Under the pieces are notes generated by a model, which was not told the DNA's origin, did no database searches, and was given only the letters and a program-made list of their open reading frames with translations. A stretch of 64,000 nt of DNA, from positions 2,480,001 through 2,544,000 of the forward strand of contig CATNEN010000031.1 of NCBI GenBank assembly GCA_950097015.1, read 5' to 3'. Shown here piece by piece: positions 36,401 through 47,754 of this stretch (the stretch's first letter is position 1; the number at the start of each line of letters is the position of its first letter). The stretch comes from Macrostomum hystrix. Taxonomy: Eukaryota; Animalia; Platyhelminthes. Position numbers and translations under genes: made by a program.

Positions 36401-38446
36401 GCTTGAATCATGGCTAAACCAGAGTCTGAATCATGGCTAAACCAGAGTCCGAATCATGGCTAAACCAGAGTCTGAAACATGGCTAAACCAGAGCTTGAAT
36501 CATGGCTAAACTGGAGTCTGAATCATGGCTAAACCAGAGTCTGAATCATGGCTAAACCAGAGTCTGAATCATGGCTTAACAAGAGTTTGAATCATGGCTA
36601 AACCAGATCTTGAATCATGGCTAAAACAGAGCTTGAATCATGGCTAAACCAGAGTCTGAATCATGGCTAAACAAGAGTCTGAATCGTGGCTAAACCAGAG
36701 TTTTAATCATGGCTAAACCAGATTTTGAATCTTGGTTAAACCAGAGTTAGAATCATGGCCAACCAGAGTTTGAATCATGGCTAAACCAGTGTTTGAATCA
36801 TGGCAAAACCAGAGTTTGAATCATGACAAAAGTTTTCTTTTGTCATTGAATTGAATTCTCGACATTTTAAGTTTGTTATCTCATAACGTCATAATGATAT
36901 ATATTTGTATGATAAAAATTTTGCCTAATATTCACTTAATTATTGTTCTTCTCAATTTTCTACAAAAGAAGCTGGGCAACATTTTCAACTAGGCATCATC
37001 ATCAATGGGGAGTCATCATCAAATGGGAGATCATTGTCAACTGGGGGATCATTGTCAACTGGGTGATCATCATCAACTGGGGGATCATTGTCAACTGGGG
37101 GATCATCATCAACTGGGGGATCATTGTCAACTGGGGGATCATTGTCAACTAGGGGATCATTGTCCACTGGGAGATCATTGTCAACTGGGGGATCATTGTC
37201 AACTGGGTGATCATTGTCAACTGGGAGATCATTGTCAACTGGGGGATCATTGTAAACTGGGGGATCATTGTCAACTGGGAGATCATTGTAAACTGGGGGA
37301 TCATCATCAACTGGGGGATCATTGTAAACTGGGGGATCATTGTCAACTGTAGGATCATTGTCAACTAGGGGATCATGGCCAACTGGGGATCATTGTGAAC
37401 TGGGTGATCATTGTCAACTGGGGGATCATCTTCAACTGGGGGATCATTGTCAACTGGGAGATCATTGTAAACTGGGGGATCATCATCAACTGGGGGATCA
37501 TTGTAAACTGGGGGATCATTGTCAACTGTAGGATCATTGTCAACTAGGGGATCATGGCCAACTGGGGATCATTGTGAACTGGGTGATCATTGTCAACTGG
37601 GGGTCGTCTTCAACTGGGGGATCATTGTCAACTGGGAGATCATTGTAAAATGGGGGATCATCATCAACTGGGGGATCATTGTCAACTGTGGGATCATTGT
37701 CAACTAGGGGATCATGGCCAACTGGGGATCATTGTGAACTGGGTGATCATTGTAAACTGGGGAATGATTGTCAACTGGGTAATCATTGTCAACTGGGTAA
37801 TCATTGTCAACTGGGGGATCATTGTCAACTGGGGGATCATTAATTGTCAACTGGGGGATCATTGTCAACTGGGGGATCATTGTAAACTGGGGGATCATTG
37901 TCAACTGGGAGATCATTGTAAACTGGGGAATCATCATCAACTGGGAGATCATTGTAAACTGGGGAATCATCATCAACTGGGTGATCATTGTAAACTGGGG
38001 GATCATTGTCAACTGGGTAATCATTGTCAACTGGGGGATCATTGTCAACTGGGGGATCATTAATTGTCAACTGGGGGATCATTGTCAACTGGGGGATCAT
38101 TGTAAACTGGGGGATCATTGTCAACTGGGGGATCATTGTAAACTGGGGGATCATCATCAACTGGGGGATCATTGTCAACTGTGGGATCATTGTCAACTAG
38201 GGGATCATGGCCAACTGGGGATCATTGTGAACTGGGGGATCATTGTCAACTGGGGGAACATTTTCAACTGGGGGATCATTGTCAACTGTGGTATCATGGT
38301 CAACTGGGGGAAAATTGTCAACTGGGGGATCATTGTCAACTGGGGGATCATTGTAGCTTAAAAAAGCTGAGATACAGCAGCTAAAAAGTATATACAAGAC
38401 GAATTAAAAATATTTCTGCTCCCCGAAGGGGGGCAAAACATGCTAG
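33488..38446 (+). mobile_element. Non-autonomous Helitron H4 (5' type B)
   Basis: Junction CTAG|TCCACTATAC; the 5' region is a diverged copy of H3's. Carries satellite B (~34090-36828), a ~150-bp unique spacer and satellite C (~36980-38354). Ends hairpin plus CTAG (38443-38446), followed by host T. Confidence 0.85.
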
Positions 38447-38467
38447 TAGTAATACTAATATCGGGAA

Positions 38468-38776
38468 GGTACATCATTTGGTGTGGTGACACTAGACTAG
38501 GCTGTAGCCAGCGAGGAGGCAATTCTGCCCGTTTCGCCGACTCCTGAGCATTGCTCGTACACGCACACAGAACGTACGCAGGTACACGCTCACGCAGGTA
38601 TGGACATCTGCCCTGACTTTCTCATTGTCAGGCACACTTTCACAGTGCCTTCAAGGTTGGCCCCTCAAGGGTGTAAATTGAACAAGCCCCAAATTAATGT
38701 GGCCTCGCCGCGGAATCGTGCTCAGGGAACTCGGTGCGAGAGGCAGGAGTGTTAAACGCTCTGCTACTCACCCCCT
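38468..38776 (-). mobile_element. tRNA-derived SINE, copy A (diverged)
   Basis: Reverse complement reads GGGGGTGAGTAGCAGAGCGTTTAAC...GCCTCTCGCACC...GGGCAGAATTGCCTCCTCGCTGGCT, colinear with the plus-strand copy at 39443. Confidence 0.8.
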
Positions 38777-39251
38777 AATATAAACAGGTTTCTGCAAGTG
38801 TAGCTTACAAAAATGAACGAGTTGAAGAAAAAATAAACTGCCAAAACGTTAAATAAGTGCTTTAAGAACTATATTACACAAGGACTTTTAGCAAAACTGA
38901 TATTTAAAGGTGTGTGGCTTCTATTTACGATTAGAAGTTCATTTAACAGTACAATACTCGTAATTAGTTACAACACGTGCACTCCCCCGGAGTAAATTTT
39001 ACAAATAAAATATATGGTGCTACAACTGCATATGCGGCAGATAGGCATAAGAGGTACATATATTGTATCCAAGTGTGTACAATATGGTCGATATTTTAAT
39101 TTTGCTTGGGGTCATGTTAAAGAAAATTGATTTCCAGTCTTAGTTCAGCGTATACGCACAGTCAAATTAACCCAAGCGAAAATTCGATAGCGACGTTTGA
39201 AAATTATAAAGAGACCCGAGGCTGGTATCGTAACTTCGCGACGATTAAAAA

Positions 39252-39348
39252 TCACGGCTGACCAACGCGGCTTAAGGCGACTGATAGGCCAATCGCCAGG
39301 CCAACTAGGATGAGGAATGGCAGCCAGGTGATGATGAGACGCGGCCAA
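39252..39348 (-). CDS. TMEM222: TMEM222-like gene, exon 4 (terminal): (S)WPRLIITWLPFLILVGLAIGLSVALSRVGQP*
   Basis: CAG acceptor at 39349-39351; phase completes the codon left by exon 3. TWLPF plus a hydrophobic helix matches the family C-terminus. TGA at 39252-39254. Confidence 0.88.
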
Positions 39349-39442
39349 CTGTTTGGGTTAATGGAAAACATACAATACTATGCATATTTCTTGTGCTTTA
39401 CCTGCAATCATCAATCATATAAAAACATTATGCCGTAGACTA

Positions 39443-39770
39443 AGGGGTGAGTGGCCGAGCTGTCTAACGCGCTTGCCTCTCGCACCAAGGTCCCTAAGTT
39501 CGATTCTGCGGCGAGGCCATATTAAAATGGTGTGGGGGCTTGTCGTGCAATTTAAGACCTTCAGGGCACAGTGAGTGTACACTGCCTGAAGATGAGAAAG
39601 TCAGGCAGATGTACACCGCTGTGTGAGCGTGTGCCTGCCAGCGTACAGTATTTGTGTTGAACGGGCAGAATTGCCTCCTCGCTGGCTGCGGGTCTGGTGT
39701 CACCAAATGATGTGCCTGCAGCCCTCCTGGATTTATTATTATTATTTTTATTATTATTATTATTATGCCT
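39443..39770 (+). mobile_element. tRNA-derived SINE, copy B, in TMEM222 intron 3
   Basis: A box GTGGCCGAGCTG, B box AGTTCGATTC, body shared with copy A, (TTA)n tail at ~39733-39766. Confidence 0.85.
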
Positions 39771-39787
39771 TAGACTCCACCACTCAC

Positions 39788-39918
39788 CTGATGTAGCGGC
39801 TATGCAGAGTGAAGAGAAAGAATATGCGAACCATATTCCAGCTGTTGCTGCCATTGTACTGCATCTTGTTCAAAGCCATGGACACGTGGCTGTGGCAATT
39901 GTCACAGAACAGATTGTG
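39788..39918 (-). CDS. TMEM222: TMEM222-like gene, exon 3: HNLFCDNCHSHVSMALNKMQYNGSNSWNMVRIFFLFTLHSRYI
   Basis: Family motif HNLxCDNCHSHV; CAG acceptor and GTGAGT donor; 131 nt, phases consistent. Confidence 0.93.
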
Positions 39919-40100
39919 CTGTGTGGGACGGCGGGTGGGTTAGTTGTCAGTCAAGGTGTTAACTGGCTTAAGGAGATGATAAAGGAGAATGATAGATAAG
40001 AGAGAGACAGGCAGAGAGTGGGAGATAATAGTATAAGGAGGACCTAGGAAGGAACAAAAAAATAAATCGAAGTCAAATAGATCGCAATTCTGCATCCTAC

Positions 40101-40305
40101 CATGCGACCCTTGTAGACCTCGCTGGCCTCGTAGACGGCTCTGTCGTACACATCTCGGCCAACCGAGTCAATGTCCAGCTGCCAGTATTTGTAGGGCCAG
40201 CCAAACGCCATCTGGTCCTCGCTGACTTCATAGGGGCCAGCAAAGTCGCGAACCACTCCAGTGCTGGTGCAGATGCCCATGTGGCCGATTAGGGGTACCA
40301 GCCAG
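40101..40305 (-). CDS. TMEM222: TMEM222-like gene, exon 2: WLVPLIGHMGICTSTGVVRDFAGPYEVSEDQMAFGWP...YKGRM
   Basis: Signature IGHMGICTSTGVxRDFAGPY of TMEM222/RTE1 (DUF778); CAG acceptor and GTAG donor; 205 nt. Confidence 0.95.
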
Positions 40306-40420
40306 CTGTGAGGATTCGGGTGTGAGCAGTGGACCGAAAAAATAGTACAAGGGCAACTAGGAGTAGAAGGGTGGGAAACTATACGTTTCTTTAAAGTAGA
40401 ACCACCAAGGGGGGAAAACC

Positions 40421-41165
40421 CCACTGACAGTTATTTATGCTGCACCCGAAAGGAGCAACGCAGGCACACGAAATTGAAGAACACGGGCCAACTATTTGTT
40501 GCGCATCTTCTGAAACAATAATAAAGTCGCCAGCCCATTAGACCGTCCAGATATTATTTTCGACCGTCTACCTTTATCTAGACGGAGCTGCTGGACCTTC
40601 AACAAGTGGCACCAGCCGAACAGGGACACACTGAAGCAAATTTCTCTCATTTCGCTGATCAAGCCTTGCAATATGGGTAGAAGCTCAACCACAGGACCCT
40701 CGCCTAGTCTGTCAACCAATCACTCATCACCCCAACGCCGTCAGCACCGTCAGCAGAGTGCCTCCAGCTGTCTATGGAGTGAATTACGCAACTTTTGCTG
40801 ATGAAGCCTCGATATTGGCCTAAACTCAACTACTACTTGTTGAAGGTCCAGCAGCTCCGTCTAGATAAAGGTAGGTGACCACCGAAGTCGGAGATCATGC
40901 AGGCACATTCGGGTGACATGCTGATAAAGATTGAAGGCCTGGCAAGGCCGCACTGAGACGCAGTGCGAATTCGTGTATATGGGTGTATGAAATACACTTG
41001 CGCTTATGGGAAAAATCTGACCTTCAGCCAGAAACATCGAATACCTCGACGGTCTGAAGGGCTGGTGATTTCATTCTTGTTTTAGAAGATGCGCAACAAA
41101 AAGTTTAGTTTCATGCGCTTGCGTTGCCCTGTTCGGGTGCAACAAAAATAATTGTCAGGGCCCTA
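40421..41165. mobile_element. Old MITE with ~150-bp degenerate TIRs in TMEM222 intron 1 (superfamily uncertain, possibly hAT-like)
   Basis: ctgacagttatttatgctgcacccgaa...tttgttgcgcatcttctgaaacaa is an imperfect reverse complement of ttgttttagaagatgcgcaacaaa...ttcgggtgcaacaaaaataattgtcag. No clear TSD. Confidence 0.7.
40571..40871. mobile_element. Tc1/mariner-like MITE (301 bp) nested in the older MITE
   Basis: Perfect 37-bp TIRs (CCTTTATCTAGACGGAGCTGCTGGACCTTCAACAAGT) flanked by TA at 40569-40570 and 40872-40873. Confidence 0.75.
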
Positions 41166-42143
41166 TAGGGACAAAAACAGGCAGAAAAGACTTAAAAAAT
41201 GTTTGGCCAAATAATAATAATATGGGGATCAATGCTTCAGGAATAAAGCTTTCTAAAATTCTTTGGAACAACATGCCAAGTAGCTAGGATATATCAGAAG
41301 AAGAGCTGTGGATCTTAATGTAAATAAGGGAGAGTTTTCTCAGTATTTTTTGTCAAAACTAGCCACCTGAACTTTCTCTAAGAATGTAGTTTGTACTTGT
41401 ACTTGTAGTGGTGCTTGATTTATTGATTTATTATACCTGCCCAGTTCCATTCTTAATAAATGGTTGCTTGAATGACGCCACAGCATCAAATAGGTCTTAG
41501 ATAAAATATAATATAGATATAAAATTCCACTTTAACCCAGTTTCAAGTGGTCTGTAAGCTGTTGTGTTCAGTCCTTGGACTGGGTCTGAGGACTGAGGAG
41601 GAGCCACAGTCACCCAGATTTATGCCCTAACAAAAGCTGGTAAAAGGAGGCTTGTAGACAAGTTGTTAGAGCTTTGGAATTTTGACTTAAGAGGTCAGAA
41701 GTTCGACTCTTAGCTTAAAGGACACTTAAGTAATTAGTGCTTCAGCTCATGAAACTGCAAAATGGGAAGTTTTAGGTGGGGACCAAGGCCTAGCTAGAAG
41801 CAGTTAACTTGACTAGCTAATGGAGAGGTAAAACACTAAAAAGAAATTAAAAAGGCTTGAGATAAGTCCAATAAAGATTAACAATGATATAGGCCTACAA
41901 TTGAAAAAAGTTAAATACTGTTCCTGCTACACTTACTTCGATTCAGTGTCAAAATGATACTAGGCTGAATGGATTTATATTTAAACAAAGAAACTAGGTA
42001 CTACAAAAGTGTCTTTAAATTCCTTCTAGTTCTTTTCAGAAAGTTTATAAGAATGTAAAGTATTTGAATTAAACATTTCACTAAATATTTAAAAAGCAAA
42101 AACAACAATTGATAAAAGTCGTAGTGAAAAATATTTAACTCAC

Positions 42144-42259
42144 GTGATACATGGTATTGGTGCCCAAACAATACAATAAGGATAACGGTGTTTAGAAGGA
42201 TTTATTCTATTGTCCATATGGTTCTTATTTGACTCACTAACTTCTGACTCTTGACACAT
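42144..42259 (-). CDS. TMEM222: TMEM222-like gene, exon 1: MCQESEVSESNKNHMDNRINPSKHRYPYCIVWAPIPCI(T); spliced protein ~182 aa
   Basis: RYPYCIVWAPIP matches the family motif R(F/Y)PYCxVWTPIP. GTGAGT donor in phase 2 joins exon 2. The start ATG at 42257-42259 is the most likely candidate, not proven. This exon is absent from the ORF track. Confidence 0.88.
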
Positions 42260-43923
42260 AAATTTATTGACTGTGTTGACCGAGCTGACACTATAATAAA
42301 CTTTTGCAAACAGTCTGTTATAGTTGTAAGTACTCTATACAGTTTTATAGTTAAAAATCAATGCTCTATGTATACTTTTAAGTAAACAAAAAGCACACAT
42401 GTTGGTATTTAAGAAAAAAGTTAAATTGCAATTTTTTTATATGTATTAAATGTGTCCAAAATATGTACATTATTGATCAAGCTTAAATATAACAATTGTT
42501 GTCTGATAAACACACTTATGCATATTTGTATTGTCGGTAAAGCAAAGTAGCTTCTAGCTTTCTGAATTAAGTAAAAGTTTGTTAAGATATAACCTCGTTA
42601 TAAACTTTTGCGGTCCGGTAGGATCTATAGTAAATAATTCTGTACTAAAATGCTTACACTTTTTTTCAAAAAGGCGCTTGCCAAGTTATGAATATATATA
42701 TACTGGAGAATTTAAAATTACAATCTATAATTTTAAATAAGATCGAATAATAGTACATAGCATCGGTTTTATAAAAGATTCGATATTGTAGTGAATCAGG
42801 TTAGAAATGTAGCTTAGATAAATAGTGACTATACATTCTGAATGCTGGAAATAATAAAAATGTGCACTTGGCCGTAAACTTACATGTCAAAGATTGCAAG
42901 TGAATGACTCGCGCGGAGAAATAGATCAAAATAATAGACAACAGTTGCATATTGGAGATACTAAAAATGGAGAAAAAACTTATTTTGTTAATATGACATA
43001 TGGCTGGAAGGACGTATCATTGTGACACCATAGAAATAAGAGAATGCTAGTAAGCAAAAATGAAAGTGAACGAAGCATACAACGGTTCCATGGATCAGGG
43101 AGATGATTATACGTTGCATATTATAAGGAAACGGAACGGCAGCCTTGAATGACAATAAGAACAAAAACTGCAATGTTAGTGTGCGAGGGGAAGAGAGAGA
43201 AGAAGAGATCCGGAGAGTCAAGTGTATAGAAGATAAAAAAGAAAGCCTATTTACAAAGCTTCTTTATATATTTCAAGCAGTAGTTCGTTTCATAATTATA
43301 TGGCTTTCTGTGTGTTGCTGGCTGAGCTCAACTTGTATAATTTATTCGTACGCTCGTATACTTACGGTGAGATAACGTTTTTTAGAAAGCCATAATTGTA
43401 TTTGAATGATGCTTTTCTGAGATAAATTTATCCACCAATAGTTTTTATTAAAAAAATCTACTATGCTGAATGGTTATTTTATAAGTCTTGAAAAATGTAA
43501 ACTTATTAACTGAAGTAAAAGTACATCTGAGTACGCGAGAATATTCCTATTGGTCTGCTTCAAGGAAACCTTTTGTGTAAAAATTTCGATGCTTCCGCTA
43601 AGAGTTCTTCTTCAGTCCCAAATCCCATAGCTCATGACAGTCGTAATCTGAGAAGGGAAACATCATTTGAGCCCGAAGAATACGCTCGTAAGTTGCCAAA
43701 CAGCACGATTTTCTGACTCTAAGCGCGAAAATAGGAATTTTGCGAGCGCGTCAGGGAGCCTCTGCAATTACGAGCAGTTCTCACCCAATCGTCTCCTCCA
43801 TCCAATTGAAGATCTCCGGCTTCGAGAGTCGTCCTGCTCAAATAAGCTTTCTATTCCAGATATTTGCTTCTTGAGCCAAATTGCTGCTCCAACTCCCAGT
43901 CGAAGGTTGATCTGCCATCGGAC

Positions 43924-44280
43924 ATGGCCCAGTCTGAAAGTCGGGATTCCCCACAGCGACTGAACGCGCAGCCGCGGAGTCGCTCATTCAGCGCCTCCCG
44001 CGCCTCCACCCTGCTGGAGCTGCTAGGCCGGCGCCGGCCTCGGCTATTTTCTAAGAAACGTCGAACTTCGCCCAGACCAGGCGAGCAGCAACAGCAGCAG
44101 CAAAGGCAGCTGGTGGTGCCACTGCAGATTGTTGTCAGCGAGCTCTGCGTCGACCGCACAGGCGCCGAGTTCGAAGTGAAATGGACGGCATTTGACTCCT
44201 CCTGGCCAGACGATGCCGCCGGCGAGTGCAGATCTCGGCGACGGTGCCATCACGTGCAACCGCAGCAGGCCAACTTCAAC
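43924..44280 (+). CDS. Hypothetical protein, exon 1 (119 codons)
   Basis: GC-rich open frame from ATG 43924 to a phase-0 GT donor at 44281; poly-Q and basic RS-rich segments. Confidence 0.6.
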
Positions 44281-44323
44281 GTACTTGCGGCCTCTTTATT
44301 GGAACTCATAAACTTATAAACTA

Positions 44324-44490
44324 GTGAACTCGTGAACTCATGAACTCGTGAACTCACGAACTCGTGAACTCGTGAACTCGTGAACTCATGAACTCATGAA
44401 CTCATGAACTCATGAACTCGTGAACTCGTGAACTCGTGAACTCATGAACTCATGAATTTATGAATGCTTGAACTCATGAACTCGTGAACT
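44324..44490 (+). repeat. 8-bp tandem repeat (TGAACTCG/TGAACTCA) in the predicted intron
   Basis: Direct reading. Confidence 0.92.
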
Positions 44491-44575
44491 CACCAAGTAC
44501 CACTAGGAAAACTTCGTTATATAGTCTAGTCGAGTTGTTCTTGAAACTCATTCACCTGGCTCATCTCTATTTCAG

Positions 44576-44848
44576 CAGCAGTCACATCCACAGTCGCAGC
44601 AGAAGCGGTCCCGTTCACAGAGCAGTCCGGAGATGCAACTGACGCAGGCGGCTCAGGACAGCCTGGAAGCCGCGTCCTTTCAGCAGCGTTCGGGGCAGGA
44701 CGGCCTTGAGGTGTTCCTTCAGACAGAGCGCGGCAGCCGCAGGCGGGACGCCCTGTGCCTGGAGCTGGACAGGCGGCTGCACGACTCGGCATTGTCCAGG
44801 TTCTGCGAACACGCAGCCATTGTTGACGCTATGAAGCAATGCTTCTGA
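44576..44848 (+). CDS. Hypothetical protein, exon 2 (90 codons plus stop); spliced product 209 aa
   Basis: Acceptor ctcatctctatttcag| in phase 0, in frame with exon 1; GC-rich; ends TGA 44846-44848. Confidence 0.6.
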   Translation, partial: QQSHPQSQQKRSRSQSSPEMQLTQAAQDSLEAASFQQRSGQDGLEVFLQTERGSRRRDALCLELDRRLHDSALSRFCEHAAIVDAMKQCF

Positions 44849-44880
44849 TTGGATCATTCAATTTGCCATAGACATTCTTT

Positions 44881-45661
44881 CACTCCTTCCATTCTGTCAC
44901 TCCTTCCATTCTGTCACTCCTTCCATTCTGTCACTCCTTCCATTCTGTCACTCCTTCCATTCTGTCACTACATCAATTCTGTCACTTATTCCATTATGCC
45001 ACTACATCTATTCTGTCACTCCTTCCATTCTGTCACTCCTTCCATTCTGTCACTACATCTATTCTGTCACTCATTCCATTCTGTCACTACATCGATTCTG
45101 TCACTCCTTCCATTCTGTCACTCCATCAAATCCGTCACTCCTTCCATTCTGTCACTACATCAATTCTGTCACTCCTTCCATTCTGTCACTCCATCAATTC
45201 TGTCACTCCTTCCATTCTGTCACTCCATCGATTCTGTCACTTCTTACATTCTGTCACTCCTTCCATTCTGTCACTACATCTATTCTGTCACTCCTTCCAT
45301 TCTGTCACTACATCTATTCTGTCACTCCTTCCATTCTGTCACTACATCTATTCTGTCACTCCTTCCATTCTGTCACTCCTTCCATTCTGTCACTACATCT
45401 ATTCTGTCACTCCTTCCATTCTGTCACTACATCTATTCTGTCACTCCTTCCATTCTGTCACTACATCTATTCTGTCACTCCTTCCATTCTGTCACTCCTT
45501 CCATTCTGTCACTCCTCACATTCTGTCACTTCTTCCACTCTGTCACTCCTTCCATTCTGTCACTTCTTCCATTCTGTCACTCATTCCATCCTGTCACTCC
45601 TTCCATTCTGTCACTCCTTCCATTCTGTCACTCCTTCCATTCTGTCACTCCTCACATTCTG
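44881..45661 (+). repeat. 17-bp minisatellite TCCTTCCATTCTGTCAC
   Basis: Direct reading; the 17-aa periodicity of the pseudo-ORF corresponds to 3 x 17 bp. Confidence 0.95.
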
Positions 45662-46007
45662 TTCGCCAGTCCGTATCCTTAGCAAAACAATCCAAATCCC
45701 AGTTGTCTAGCAACAAGGATTTGAAGAATACTTAAAGTGATTGCATTTCATTTTTCATTAAAGTGTAAATTCTTCGATTTTGAATTTTATCAGCATATCA
45801 AGTCAGGGTTTTGACAGGAACAAGCCCACAAAAAATTACAGAAACAATTAAATTCTCTACTGCCTAGAGTAATGCTATAGCCATCATGTCTTATTGTGAA
45901 GACCTTGTTTTCAACTGATTTATCTAGGTAAAAACCATAGTTAAGAATTCTAAGAATATTTAACGCTATTCAGAAGTATAGCTATTACTTATGTGAAAAA
46001 TATATGA

Positions 46008-47159
46008 TACTCATGAGAGAAGTAGATTATACTCATGAGAGAAGTAGACTATACTCATGAGAAAAGTAGATTATACTCATGAGAGAAGTAGATTATACTC
46101 ATGGGAGAAGTATATTATACTCATGAGAGAAGTAGATTATACTCATGAGAGAAGTACATAAAACTCATGAGTGAAGTAGATTATACTCATGAGTGAAGTA
46201 GAATATACTCATGAGATAAGTAGATTATACTCATGAGATAAGTAGATTATACTCATGAGAGAAGTAGAGTGTACTCATGAGAGAAGTAGAGTGTACTCAT
46301 GAGAGAAGTAGAGTGTACTCATGAGAGAAGTAGACTATACCTTTGAGTGAAGTGGATTATACTCATGAGAGAAGTAGAGTGTACTCATGAGAGAAGTAGA
46401 GTGTACTCATGAGAGAAGTAGACTATACTCATGAGTGAAGTGGATTATACTCATGAGTGAAGTAGATTGTGCTCATGAGAGAAGTATATTATACTCATGA
46501 GAGAAGTAGAGTGTACTCATGAGAGAAGTAGAGTGTACTCATGAGAGAAGTAGAGTGTACTCATGAGAGAAGTAGAGTGTACTCATGAGAGAAGTAGACT
46601 ATACTCATGAGTGAAGTGGATTATACTCATGAGTGAAGTAGATTGTACTCATGAGAGAAGTAGATTAAACTCATGAGAGAAGTAGAGTGTACTCATGAGA
46701 GAAGTAGAGTGTACTCATGAGAGAAGTAGAGTGTACTCATGAGAGAAGTAGACTATACCTTTGAGTGAAGTGGATTATACTCATGAGAGAAGTAGAGTGT
46801 ACTCATGAGAGAAGTAGAGTGTACTCATGAGAGAAGTAGACTATACTCATGAGTGAAGTGGATTATACTCATGAGTGAAGTAGATTGTGCTCATGAGAGA
46901 AGTATATTATACTCATGAGAGAAGTAGAGTGTACTCATGAGAGAAGTAGAGTGTACTCATGAGAGAAGTAGAGTGTACTCATGAGAGAAGTAGAGTGTAC
47001 TCATGAGAGAAGTAGACTATACTCATGAGTGAAGTGGATTATACTCATGAGTGAAGTAGATTGTACTCATGAGAGAAGTAGATTAAACTCATGAGAGAAG
47101 TAGAGTGTACTCATGAGAGAAGTAGAGTGTACTCATGAGAGAAGTAGATTGTACTCATG
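46008..47159 (+). repeat. 22-bp minisatellite TACTCATGAGAGAAGTAGATTA with a 418-bp (19-unit) internal duplication
   Basis: Period 22; the rare variant CCTTTGAGTG recurs at ~46341 and ~46759. Confidence 0.95.
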
Positions 47160-47754
47160 CAGAAGTTGTGCTGATGCATTTACGTCATTAGGTTTGATTA
47201 AGGCAGCTTAATTTCCACAGCCATTGAGTGCAATTGAGTCAAAGGAGCGGCAATATCTGATCCAGGTGTCCCATGTTCGCGGCTTCGCTGCGTTAACTAC
47301 AAAAAAGCAGAAAAAAGCAGTGACTGCCTCTTGCGTCCGGGTTCTGTGCGTGTGTCAGAGGCAGAAAGTGAAAGCTGAGATGACAGACGATTTTTCAAAT
47401 CTGTATACACAAGAAGACGCTGATAAAAGGCTTTGTGCGATGAATCTGAGCCCATTCTCTCATGATGAAGGAGGAGAGAGATGAGCCCGTATTGCTGTGA
47501 CCAGCATCCAAGCTATTAGATGGCCGTCAGGGCTAGCAGGTCTGTCCGGATCGTCCAATCCAGAAAATTATCCGGCTTCTCAAGGCCGAGCGGGGACTGC
47601 AGTGATAGTGTTAGCTAGACTGCTAGCTTAAATTAACTGCTACTTGCTGCTGGCTAAGCTCTTGTTGTCATTAACTATATCTCTACTTGTTTCTTTTCAC
47701 TTGTTTGCTCGCTCACTCTAGCACACGTTCATCAACACAGGAAATCACTTGATG

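Noticed and set aside
9184-38354. CRISPR-like appearance of regular short repeats
   Set aside because: No unique spacers, no cas genes, eukaryotic context.
10296-38397. LGDHCQ / WGIIVN / TGGSLS / MIPQLT repeat ORFs
   Set aside because: All frames of the 18-bp satellite C are open by chance and shift with indels. The Cys/His spacing is not a zinc-finger gene.
40306-40424. N-terminal extension of the TMEM222 ORF in the track (MGFSPLGG...HPNPHS)
   Set aside because: Intronic read-through; the real upstream motif (YPYCIVWAPIP) is in the exon at 42144-42259.
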